In this document: piece after piece, positions 42,400 through 52,300 of the stretch
Layout of the letters: each line of letters begins with the position of its first letter
Position numbering within the stretch: position 1 is the stretch's first letter
Assembly (NCBI GenBank): GCA_964556555.1
Contig: CAZKWP010000002.1
Location: 3,313-57,308 of the forward strand
Direction of reading: 5' to 3'
DNA from: an uncultured Syntrophomonadaceae bacterium
Lineage (GTDB): Bacteria > Bacillota > Ch66 > Ch109
Length of the DNA: 53,996 nt
Program-made: the position numbers and the translations under genes
The notes under the pieces: generated by a model
Seen by the model: only the letters and a program-made list of their open reading frames with translations
Databases searched by the model: none
Told to the model about the DNA's origin: nothing

Positions 42400-43008
42400 C
42401 TACTTCCCGAACTCAACTTCCTGGTCCTGCTTCCCAGGCTGATTGCCGGAGTCAAAATTAACTCCAATTTTATACTTGCGTAAAGCCTGTAAAACCTGCC
42501 AGGCCAGAATGCCCCCCAGACCTCCTGAAAAAGCAGCCGCACAGACTGATAACAGCAAGGGAAGCACCGGCAGCTGGAAGAAAATCAGATTTACTGTCAA
42601 AGTACCGGCCACGTTGGCCAGCATCCCCCCGATAAAACAACAAATCAGGCAGCAGGCCTTATGTCTGCCGATTAAGAAAAGCCCGGCGTCAACCGCCACG
42701 CCCGGCAACGTATAGCTCAGCAGGGACATTAGTCCGTGTGAACCGATTACCCCGGTCCCAATAACCATCAAAGCCTGTACCAGACCAATCAGGATCGCCG
42801 CACCATATTTACGGACCAGACCTAACCCCACTACCAGCCAGAACATGTAAAAGCCCCCGGCCAGCGAACCCCCTGGGATAAACAGGGGGCCGGTAATCAG
42901 GTGGGCCAGCGGCACGATAATTGGTTTGGTGGCGACCCCCAGAGCAGCCATTACGGCAATCAGTACCAGGTCATACGTGGAAAAACGGCGCATCATTTTT
43001 TGCAGCAT
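42400..43008 (-). CDS. ECF transporter substrate-specific (S) component-like membrane protein, specificity unknown
   Basis: 202 aa with about 6 TM segments, small and Gly-rich. It opens with RRFSTYDLVLIAVMAALGV, as many S components do. It lies in a cluster with EcfA/A'/T. ATG follows GGAGGAGGG. Confidence 0.6.
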   Translation of the reverse strand: MLQKMMRRFSTYDLVLIAVMAALGVATKPIIVPLAHLITGPLFIPGGSLAGGFYMFWLVVGLGLVRKYGAAILIGLVQALMVIGTGVIGSHGLMSLLSYTLPGVAVDAGLFLIGRHKACCLICCFIGGMLANVAGTLTVNLIFFQLPVLPLLLSVCAAAFSGGLGGILAWQVLQALRKYKIGVNFDSGNQPGKQDQEVEFGK

Positions 43009-43047
43009 AGCTCGCCCTCCTCCGCTTATCGTCTTAAACCGGGTTGG

Positions 43048-43887
43048 CTATTCAACCACAATCCTTGAGATCAGGGATACCCATTTAAGCCGATTATACT
43101 CTCCGGCAAACTGTTGACCCATAACCAGGCGGAAGGGAGCTCCTTGGCTGGCTTCGTATTCCTGGCCGTCCTGGGACCAGGCGATGATCATGCGCAGCTT
43201 TTTGCTGCTGTCGGTTTCATCAAGATAGTCGGCCTTCAGGTCTTTAGGGCTAAAAACCTGAACATAACCGTCTTCAGCGATAACCCTTACCTGGCTGGCC
43301 GAATCCTTAAGACCCACCTTATCCGCCAACAACTCGTATAAAAGCACCCCGGTAAAATCATTGTGGCTGGCTTTGGCCCAGCCGGGCTTTTCTGCTCCGC
43401 GGGAAAAATACTTGGCTGTTACCGTGAGGTTTTTCATTTGCTTTAATTCATTAAGGGAATACTCCTGGCTGGTTTTAACCCCAGCCCCGGTGATTCTGAT
43501 TTTCGCCGGGTCCGCTTGTCGGTTTGCCGATGCAGCACCAGTCTTTCCTTTGGCTGCAGCATCCCCCGCACCAGCGCTGCCCGCTGAATTTTTATCCTCA
43601 CTGTCCTTAACCTCAGCTTTATCCTCATTAGTGTTAACCCCGGCCTTATCATCATTGGCCAAACCCTCATTAATCTTACCCCCGCCAATTACCTGATCAG
43701 CGCCAGCCGGCTTTTCTTCCGGCATGTTTGACACAGAATCTTCAGTCTCTGGAACTTCTCCCGGGACCTGAACCAGGCTGGTCTCAGGCCCTGATAGTTC
43801 GGTATTTTGGTCACCTGGCTTACTGCAGCCCCCGATGCTCAAAAGCATGATAAATAGCAAAAGCCATACTCCGGCTTTAAACCGCAC
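43048..43887 (-). CDS. Lipoprotein with a low-complexity linker and one C-terminal Cys-less SUOX/YedY-like domain
   Basis: GTG at 43887 lies 6 nt after GGGAGGG. Lipobox LLSIGGC. The linker is rich in D, K, A and G. The C-terminal domain reads FTGVLLYELL...VIAEDGY...GAPFRLVMGQQ...LKWVSLISRIVV. By eye it is about 40% identical to the C-terminal domain of the 1755-aa protein. Confidence 0.6.
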   Translation of the reverse strand: MRFKAGVWLLLFIMLLSIGGCSKPGDQNTELSGPETSLVQVPGEVPETEDSVSNMPEEKPAGADQVIGGGKINEGLANDDKAGVNTNEDKAEVKDSEDKNSAGSAGAGDAAAKGKTGAASANRQADPAKIRITGAGVKTSQEYSLNELKQMKNLTVTAKYFSRGAEKPGWAKASHNDFTGVLLYELLADKVGLKDSASQVRVIAEDGYVQVFSPKDLKADYLDETDSSKKLRMIIAWSQDGQEYEASQGAPFRLVMGQQFAGEYNRLKWVSLISRIVVE

Positions 43888-43973
43888 TGCATTCCCTCCC
43901 TTTTGCCCAAACATAAGCAGCCATTCTTCCAAAAACATGTCTGCCTATCCAGATTCGTCTGCGCGGCGTACGG

Positions 43974-46900
43974 CTAATCTACCACAATTTCCTGCACAGA
44001 GTTAACCCAGTTTTGCCGGTTGAAATCCCCTTCATATTTTTGCCCCATTACTAGCCGAAACGGCTGTTTTGACGTGTACTTATACTCCTGATTATTCTGC
44101 GCCCAGGCAATAATCATTTCCAGCTCAGCGCGCGGCTTCGTCTCGTCTATATATAAACCTGAAATTTCTTCCATAGTATAAACTTTGGTCATCCCGTCAC
44201 TGGCAACCACCTTTATTTGGTCAGGATAGTTTTTCAGACCTATTTCATCCAGCAGCAGCTTATAAAGTGACACCCCGGTAAACCGGTCATGCTGCTGTGC
44301 TGCCCAGCCGGCTTTGGCTTTACCTCGGGAATAATAGGATTCACTTACTTGAATGTCGGTCATAGCCTTCAAATCGTCCAGGGTATAGACCCGTTTTTGG
44401 GTCAGAGCAGAACCCTTGAAAACGATAGTCCCGTCTTCGCCCTCCTGGTCGTAGTTATTGCCGGGCGAGGATTTTTCAGCCGGTACGATTGCCGTATTCT
44501 CTTCCGCTGCCGCACTGCGCTCATCGAGAAAACCAGCGGTCCTCAGTAAGGCAGCCACCATGACCGCAGCTTCAGCCCGGCTGGTTTTATCCTGGGGTGC
44601 GAAACTCCCGTCAGCCCGGCCCTTTATGATACCGGCCTGCACCGCCGCGGCCACCGCTGGAGAAGCCCAGGCCGCGATCCCTGGCTGGTCGTTGAATCGG
44701 GATAGAATCTGGTCCCTTTCTGCCGCAGCCAGTTCGGTTTTTACCCCGGTCAACTGCAGGGCATTGACCAGCATTACTACGGCTTCCTGCCGGCTGATGT
44801 TTTGCTGCGGTTTAAAGGTGCCGTCTGCCATACCGTTAACGATTTTCCCCTGAGCCGCAGCGCCGACACTGCCCGCATACCACTCTTTTCCGCTGATGTC
44901 GCTAAAAAGAACTGCTGGCTCTGCTTGGTCTGTTAAACCTAACGCTCTGGTCAGCATGGCCGCAAATTCAGCTCTGGTTGTCGGGCCGTTCGGCTCAAAT
45001 TCGCTGCCGCTTTTTCCATTCAGCATCATTTTGGAGGCCAGCATCTCTACCTCCGTTTTCGCCCAATGGCTCTGCATATCCGCAAAAGCTTTGCCGCCGG
45101 AAACAACGGCGTAGACGCTGTTACTCAAGCTGTAGGCCCGGGCATAGGTCTGACCATTGCGTTCAATAAAAACGGCCGGCACGACCCGGGGGGTGTTGCC
45201 GTTCTCCTCCCAGCACAAGACCGTCCCCTGAGCCGGAATCAACTTGGCATTCAGCGGCAGGTCTCTAAATATATAGGACGAAAACTCACTGATCTTGATT
45301 TGTTTTTCCCCGGTCACGCAGAAAATTTCCGTACTCATTGGAACACTGTGCAAACTGTAATCATCCGTTAGGGAAGACATCAACTGATTCTTCTGCGCTT
45401 CTTCAAGCACCGTGCTCATTTTGAGCTGCAGCCGGAAATCAGTACTTCCGGCTTTTTCCGCCAGCCCCGTCAGATCCAGGGCCTCCGCCGGAATCACATA
45501 GGCCCCCTGGGCTATATTCAACTGCAGATACATCCCTTTTTCCTGCATCAGCGCCAGCAACTCACGGCTGATCTCCAGGACAGCGGCCGTCGCCTTTTCG
45601 GAAGCGCCAAACAGCAATACCGAACCATTTTCCGCTGCCAAAGCCGCTTGCTTAGCTTCCGGCTTTAGTTCAATCTTTTCTGTCCCGGCTCCATCTGTGG
45701 ATTTTTTAGCGTATAGCTCCATGTCTATACTCGGCTGATTTGGTAAAGCCGATAAATCCGCCGCGTTTTGGGTCGTCACCGCTGCGTCAGTCCTATAAAA
45801 TGGCCGTAACCCAAGTCCGCCGCCTCCACCGCCGCCAGATCCACCGGGAGCATCCGTTTTTTCCGTTACATCGTAAGCCAGAAAGTACTTCTCGTCCTGA
45901 TCCTTCAAGTCTCCCAAGCGAAGGGTCTTTTCCAGTTGGCCGCCGATAAGCAGCTCCGTTACATTTTCAAGCTTGCCGGCCACATAATAAAGCGTGACTC
46001 CACCCGCCGGGGCAGTAACAAAACTAACCGGATCGTTATCATCCAGGCCTTCGAAATCGTTTAGAAGACGGCCCAGGGATATCCCCTCCCCGGTATCCCC
46101 TTGCTGATTAAGCTTTTCCATTCCCTTCAACAGAAGGTCGGGGAGATTATAAGCCAATTTTTTAGCCAATCCACTTCCGGAAATACTGAATATGGGCGCA
46201 TTTTTATCGCCGATGACGATCTGCTGCACGTACTTATTGTTGTACTGGTTATTAAAATCCTCCCGGCTCGTCTGACCTAACATCAGGGTCGGCAAGGGGA
46301 ATTGCTCCACCTCAGTCAGTTCATCCGGGGTTGGCCGATGGGGGTTGCTGTCGTCTTCATTACTCTCCGCCCGATACAGGGCCAGGATGGGATCAATCGG
46401 ACCGCTTTCCCCATTATCACCCGGCAGCAGGTCAGCAAAGTAGTATCGCTGCGGTTCAAAACTTTTGCTGGATCCGTCGTAAGTAAGATCTACCCGGTTC
46501 GTGTCCGAACTGATTGTCTTAACCAGGCAGCGGTCGGTTCCAACTCCCGCCTGCTGCAGCAGCGCTCCCAGATCCAGGCCCTGGGCGCTGATCATGGTCT
46601 TAATCCCCCCTCGGGCTAAAACGGAATAAGTTCTGAATTCACGCTCAATCTTCGCCTGCTCACCGGCAGCAATACTTTCCAGTTCATCCACCGTAAAATA
46701 CATCAGCTTAGGAATACCGGTGCCGGAGATCACCAGTCCAACATCAATGATCCCAGTCGGTTCATCCTCTTTTTCATAGTATAGATTTATTACGTTATTT
46801 TCCGAGGCACCGGCGCTCAGACTAAGGCTGTCATTCTCCGCCCGGCTATATGCATAGCCGGCAACCTGGATTTCTTCATTGGCTGCCGCAATAATTTCCC

Positions 46901-49241
46901 CATCAATTCCCACACTGACTTTAGCCGCGGCTATCGCCTCTCCACTGGCCTGGTCCAAATAATTCACGGTATAGGCTGCCGGGTCCCCGTCGCCAACCAC
47001 AATCCCGGCAACATATTTGACACAGAGCGGTTTGGCGTTCTCCACGATCAGCCGCAGAGGGCCGTAACCGTTGTCCGCTTCCGCCGCGTAACCATCTGCC
47101 GGCTCAAGACTGTTCACCAAAGGATATCCATCCTTGGCATAGGCCAAAACTACTGGTTTGATCGCTCCGTTCTGCGTGGTGCTGCTGATCCCGGACCACA
47201 CATCGTCAACCGATAATTGTTTGGCAAATACGGATCCGTCAACATTAGGGCTGCATACCGTTATTTTGGCCGGCAGATCGTCGATTCCGGCTGCCTGCAA
47301 TAGATATTTAAGGTTTAGGCCCTCGTAATAGCCCATCACTTCTGAAGCCGCCAGATACTCTCGGACAATCCCGGCCTCCATCGCTTCTAACTTGCGCAGG
47401 GAATATACGGCTGGCTGTTTAAACGCACTGCCGCAGATTCGCAGAAAAGTTGTATCCAAATAAGAAGCGTACGGGGCTTCCCGGTCATGTTTCCAGCTCC
47501 TGGTCGCCTGAGCGGTTACCTTCACTTGGACAACCTGATCAAGACAACGCGCCGCGTCTCCATTTACCACCAGATACAGCGGCCCTCCGCTATTGGCAGA
47601 ACTCGCCGCGTAGCCTTGGTCCTGTTCCGAAGGCACCAATGGTTTACCATTCTTCCCATAAACCAGCATTACTTTCAGATCGCTGCTTTGCAGTTCGTCC
47701 AACGTAAAACTGACCGCGCTTCCATCCTGCGCAGAGACTTCGATCCGCTCCGTTTCCAGCTTCAGGCCTAATTTATCACTAGTCAGCAAACTGTAAAGAT
47801 TGATTCCACGGTAAACTGCCGTTTCCGTGCCAACTGTGTAACTATCCTCTTTTATCAGTTCCAGGAACTGTTCCAGATTTTCAACGGTAAAATCCTGGGT
47901 TACATTTAAGCCGTCACCGGTAAAGGTGATCTGATTGTTTTTCCATTGGGAAAAGGGTTCAGTCGTATGCTTACAGGTATCCGATACAATGTAAACATTT
48001 ATGCCGGTGCATTTCTGCACCAAACCCGATGACAAGTAGGTTTCATGCTGGGGCAGGGCAGCCAGCAGCGGACCATTTTCCTGCAGGGGTTCTCCATTTT
48101 GCGCATAAGCCAAAACCGGTTTTACCCAGCTAAGCTGCAGGCCCTCTTTGGTTGTATAGTAAGCTGAATAATCTTTACTGGGATTTAATATATAATCCAG
48201 ATTGAGGCGGCTCGATTCCTGCCCGTCAGCCTCTACAATACTGAACTCGCCTTCGTTGCCGGTTAACCCGAATTTCTCCGCCAGTAAATAATAAATATCA
48301 ATGCCTTCATAATAATTGGCAGCCGGATCGGGGTAATAATTGCGCGTCAGGGCGGCCTGCCTGGCATTGACCATTGCTTCAACTTCATTGACCGTATATG
48401 TTTCACTGTTCACCAATTCGGAAGTAGACGAATCTATCAGCTGGATCAACAGCTGATTTTCCGCATACTGGCTGTAGGGAGCACGGTCATGCTGAGTACT
48501 CTTAACATCATCGCCCACAACGATCTTGGTCAGCAATTTACTGTTGTACTGGGCATTGTTGCTACCGGGCGCAGTCTGACCAAACGTGATTTTTAGCGGG
48601 CCGCCGCCATTGGCATGTTCTTCAATCAATCCTGGAATACTGGTATCAAACCAGTCTTGAAAACCAATCGGCCCCACCAGGGGATAGCCGTTAGAGGCAA
48701 AAGCCACCATGACCGGCAGATTGTCCGCCTGGGATTCTCCCGCTTCATTATAGTAGTGGTATTGTTCGGTATGGCGAATAGCGCCCAGCGTATGCAGGGA
48801 ATTGTAGCCATCCTTGGCCATAATTTTAACTTCCGTGCTGTCTGGCAAGTCAGGATCCAGGCCTCCCTGCACCAGCAATTCGTAGAGACGCACTCCGCTC
48901 AAGGTATATGATTTATATTTCCCTTCACTGCCAGTAATGCTGTAGCTTACATCACAGCCAAACACTGGGTCCGCATAGAGGTTCTCCAGGTCTTTTACCG
49001 CATAAATCTTTTCTCCCTGTTGCATTCCTGAACCGCTTAGCGTAAGCGTGTCATACCGGTATTCCGGCTTGCCGTAATCTGAATCGGCGGGATAACTGCC
49101 ATGCCGGGGCTCATTATTCAGCGTCTGACTAATTTCTTGGCCGCTTGTCTCTCCAAAAAGCCCGTTCCCGGGTAAGGCCACCATGACCATGAGCAGACTA
49201 AGCAGCAAAAGCATTTTAAATACGTTATTTCTTCTCAGCAT
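43974..49241 (-). CDS. Giant secreted SLH-domain envelope protein with about 7 SUOX/YedY-like domains
   Basis: Signal peptide MLRRNNVFKMLLLLSLLMVMVAL. Repeated units of about 160-180 aa share the pattern [LY]..LL...G[LI]......[IV]...A.DG...NG.PL...GP[LF][RK]L. One MucBP-like segment is present (YTVNYLD...INLYYEKE), plus a G8 linker. Three SLH repeats (FADMQSHWAKTEVE..., FSDISGKEWYAGSV..., FNDQPGIAAWASPAV...) precede a final SUOX-like domain. ATG follows GGGGAGGGG. Confidence 0.7.
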   Translation of the reverse strand: MLRRNNVFKMLLLLSLLMVMVALPGNGLFGETSGQEISQTLNNEPRHGSYPADSDYGKPEYRYDTLTLSGSGMQQGEKIYAVKDLENLYADPVFGCDVSYSITGSEGKYKSYTLSGVRLYELLVQGGLDPDLPDSTEVKIMAKDGYNSLHTLGAIRHTEQYHYYNEAGESQADNLPVMVAFASNGYPLVGPIGFQDWFDTSIPGLIEEHANGGGPLKITFGQTAPGSNNAQYNSKLLTKIVVGDDVKSTQHDRAPYSQYAENQLLIQLIDSSTSELVNSETYTVNEVEAMVNARQAALTRNYYPDPAANYYEGIDIYYLLAEKFGLTGNEGEFSIVEADGQESSRLNLDYILNPSKDYSAYYTTKEGLQLSWVKPVLAYAQNGEPLQENGPLLAALPQHETYLSSGLVQKCTGINVYIVSDTCKHTTEPFSQWKNNQITFTGDGLNVTQDFTVENLEQFLELIKEDSYTVGTETAVYRGINLYSLLTSDKLGLKLETERIEVSAQDGSAVSFTLDELQSSDLKVMLVYGKNGKPLVPSEQDQGYAASSANSGGPLYLVVNGDAARCLDQVVQVKVTAQATRSWKHDREAPYASYLDTTFLRICGSAFKQPAVYSLRKLEAMEAGIVREYLAASEVMGYYEGLNLKYLLQAAGIDDLPAKITVCSPNVDGSVFAKQLSVDDVWSGISSTTQNGAIKPVVLAYAKDGYPLVNSLEPADGYAAEADNGYGPLRLIVENAKPLCVKYVAGIVVGDGDPAAYTVNYLDQASGEAIAAAKVSVGIDGEIIAAANEEIQVAGYAYSRAENDSLSLSAGASENNVINLYYEKEDEPTGIIDVGLVISGTGIPKLMYFTVDELESIAAGEQAKIEREFRTYSVLARGGIKTMISAQGLDLGALLQQAGVGTDRCLVKTISSDTNRVDLTYDGSSKSFEPQRYYFADLLPGDNGESGPIDPILALYRAESNEDDSNPHRPTPDELTEVEQFPLPTLMLGQTSREDFNNQYNNKYVQQIVIGDKNAPIFSISGSGLAKKLAYNLPDLLLKGMEKLNQQGDTGEGISLGRLLNDFEGLDDNDPVSFVTAPAGGVTLYYVAGKLENVTELLIGGQLEKTLRLGDLKDQDEKYFLAYDVTEKTDAPGGSGGGGGGGLGLRPFYRTDAAVTTQNAADLSALPNQPSIDMELYAKKSTDGAGTEKIELKPEAKQAALAAENGSVLLFGASEKATAAVLEISRELLALMQEKGMYLQLNIAQGAYVIPAEALDLTGLAEKAGSTDFRLQLKMSTVLEEAQKNQLMSSLTDDYSLHSVPMSTEIFCVTGEKQIKISEFSSYIFRDLPLNAKLIPAQGTVLCWEENGNTPRVVPAVFIERNGQTYARAYSLSNSVYAVVSGGKAFADMQSHWAKTEVEMLASKMMLNGKSGSEFEPNGPTTRAEFAAMLTRALGLTDQAEPAVLFSDISGKEWYAGSVGAAAQGKIVNGMADGTFKPQQNISRQEAVVMLVNALQLTGVKTELAAAERDQILSRFNDQPGIAAWASPAVAAAVQAGIIKGRADGSFAPQDKTSRAEAAVMVAALLRTAGFLDERSAAAEENTAIVPAEKSSPGNNYDQEGEDGTIVFKGSALTQKRVYTLDDLKAMTDIQVSESYYSRGKAKAGWAAQQHDRFTGVSLYKLLLDEIGLKNYPDQIKVVASDGMTKVYTMEEISGLYIDETKPRAELEMIIAWAQNNQEYKYTSKQPFRLVMGQKYEGDFNRQNWVNSVQEIVVD

Positions 49242-49295
49242 ATTGGCCCCTCCCCATGTTTCTTCGCTAAAACAAAATTAATTCCGCTTCTCAAA

Positions 49296-49330
49296 CGTCC
49301 TCCTGACCTTAAAAAAGGCCAGGAGGACGC
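49296..49330 (-). terminator. Hairpin between the two giant genes (terminator or attenuator)
   Basis: Minus strand reads GCGTCCTCCTGGCC-TTTTTTAA-GGTCAGGAGGACG followed by TTTGAG. It starts about 25 nt after the 1265-aa gene's stop. Confidence 0.55.
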
Positions 49331-49354
49331 AAGAAAACGGATTCTACCTTAATA

Positions 49355-52300
49355 CTATTGTTGTCCCAAAGCTCTGGCGATCACGGATACCGCTTCCGCT
49401 CTGGTCGCGTTCGCCTGGGGTCTGAAGGTCTGATCCGGATAACCCGACATCAGTTTAGCCGCAACGGCACTCGCTGCCGCATCCCGCGCCCAGGTTGCAA
49501 TGCTGCTGGTGTCGGTAAAATGCAATTCACCGGATTGGGCTGCTATTTTTTCTGCCCGCACGATCATCAAGGCCATTTGTTCCCGGGTAATCGGGTCATC
49601 CGGGCCAAACGCCGTGTCGCTGTATCCGGTTATAATGCCATTGGCAGCAGCGGTGGCAATCGCTTCCCTGGCCCAGTGGCTGCCCGTGTCCGCAAAAATC
49701 TTACCGTCCGTTGCGGTCAGTTTATAGGCTTTGACCAGTACCGTCGCAAATTCAGCTCTGGTAATCGTGTTGTCTGCTTTGAAGCTGCCATCTGGATAAC
49801 CGGTGATGGCTCCTGCGGCTACCAGGTTTTTAATGCTCGCCTCAGCCCAGTGACCCTTAATGTCGTTTAACTGACTCGGCTGAGTCGGTTGGGCTGGCTC
49901 GGTTGGTTCAGTTGGCTCGGCTGGCTCAGTCGGCTCAACGTCCTTATCCTTGCTGCTGCCGGAGCTGGACGAACCGCCACCTCCTCCGCCTCCCCCACCG
50001 GACGAGACTATTTCCAGACCTTCCGCTGCCGCCACTAAGACGTCAACGTCTTTGCCGGCCGGGGTATAGTCCGTGGCAGCAGACCCGGTTATATTTTCCC
50101 CGGTGCCGGGAATAATAATTTTGGCGTCGTTGTAGGTTACGGTCACCCGTTTACCTTCTGGTATATTGGTACTGGTCTTGGATTGGGTGTTATTGTAAGC
50201 GGCAAAATAATCAGCTATGTTTTTCGTTATATCTGTCTTGGTCCCATCGTTGGCTACCAGCTTAATCGTATATTTGCCGCTTAGGCCGCTGACCAAATCA
50301 CTTAGCCATACCCCGTTATATCGGTAGTACATCGGTCTTGAATAACCGTATGGAGGGGTATTAGCGTTGGCGTCAGGCACCTGTTCGCTCATGGCCATTA
50401 AATCAGTATAGGTGTAATTTGTCGTGGTTTTGCTTATGGCATTCTTTACATAAAAATAGGTGTCCTCGGTGTATTGGAAAGTTATGACCTGTTCTGCCGG
50501 CGCTCCGCTGCCCACGGTAATCAGTACCGGACTGGTCTGTCCGGCCGCTAAAGCGGCATTGGTGACTGCCGGTGCTTTGACCGCGTACTGCATGCCTGGA
50601 AGCAAACCTTTAAGGGTTAAGTCGTTTCTGACTTTTAAGGTTGGATTCTTGTCACTGACCGAGGTTACAACACAACCGTTTTTGCCGGATAACAGCGCAC
50701 CATCCGGGCTGATTACAACGCCCATCATATACTTCATAACTGCAGAATTGGCGCCGCCGGTATCTCTGTATACTCTTAAATAGCCGGAATTATTATCGGC
50801 ATCCTTAAATACCCCGGCCGGGTCGTTTACATTGTACGCATCAGGGTTTGCGTACTCTTCGTGAATTGCATACGTAACGATCGGACGCAGCGGATTTTTG
50901 GTGCTTCCGCTGCCGCCAATTGTTGATTTGGTTAAGCTTTCAATGGTGTCTTTATAATTTGAGTCAATGACGGCCGTTGCGGCGTCCGCATGATAACCGT
51001 CTTCCTCGGAATACTGGACTACCATATCCTCCGTAATCGACACGCCTTTTAAATCATTAAGCAAATCGGTTAATAAGGCTCCTTTACAGGTAACCGTTTT
51101 AATGACGCTGTGGTCATCATACGTGTAAGCCTCTTGGGTTTCGTAGGTCTCCAATTCCGCTTTCGTATAATAATAGTATTTTGTCTCGCCGGAAGCGTCC
51201 TTTAAGGCAATATAAAATACGGAATTATTGATATCTCCTCCTGGTTCCCGGTCACCCACGATACTTTCGGCTGTCCATTTTGCATAAAACTTAACATCAT
51301 CGACAATTGTGTACGGGAAGACAACTTGGTTGGTCAGTCCCGCATCGGTGTACCAGCCTTCAAGTTCAGAGCCTTCCTTGGTGGTCACTGGCGCTGTGTC
51401 TATCGTTGCGCCAGATACCCCAGTTATGCTGGCAACCGCAGTGCCGCCGTTTTCTTCAAAGCTTACCGTATAGGTCTGGCTTACCTCGTTAACTGAAGCA
51501 CCCACCACATTTTCAATTAATACCCTATCCTCGGTTTGCCCGGGGCAGTATATCCTTAAGGGGGTCAGACTGCCCGAAACCCGTTCGCTGCGCTCGCTGT
51601 CTGCAAAAGCGTCAAACGCCACAAAGCATCTGCTTATTTCGCTGGAACTGATGCTGCGGCTCGAAGCAACCGTTCCGCTGCCGTCATTAACCTTAATGAT
51701 CAAATCTTCATTGCTGGGAACCGTGACACCAAGTTCTGTCAATAAAACGCTCAACGGAACGCCGGTAACGCTCTGGGCAACCAGGGTGCCGCCGTTATTC
51801 CAGGAATACGAGGTTTCATAAATGCCGATCAGAGCGATATCCGACAAAGAGATAGATTTTGTATTGCTGTCCTGGGTAATTATAAAGGCGGGGTCAACCT
51901 TCCCAGCTCTGATTTTGTTCGTGTTTTTAACAAATTTGCAATTGGTTTCTTCGGTCGGTTCCGTTTGCCCATACGCAAATAAAGGATTGGCATCGGCTAT
52001 TGCTTCGGTTACGGTTGGAACTTCTAAACTGGAATCAGGGGTTGAGGTGGTTACTTTATCGTCATAAAAAATTAAAATCGGATCAACCACTGGGCCTACG
52101 GTCCCATCCGGAGCAATGTAATTGCGGCTCACGGTATGGCTGAAAGCATCACTGACTATAGCGGTGTAACCATCGGTTGCTGTCGCCTCAATCGCCACCG
52201 GTGCACTGTTCACATCTGCACCCAAGGCGGTCAGGACCGTCTTTAAATTGATTCCTTCCGCCAATCGATATACATATTCGGGCGTACCATGGTTATCATA

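Noticed and set aside
45810-45840. G/C-rich Gly-linker tracts (here and at 49975-50000), considered as possible phase-variable homopolymers
   Set aside because: The codons are mixed (GGC/GGA/GGT/GGG), so there is no long mononucleotide or simple repeat run. They are most simply flexible linkers.
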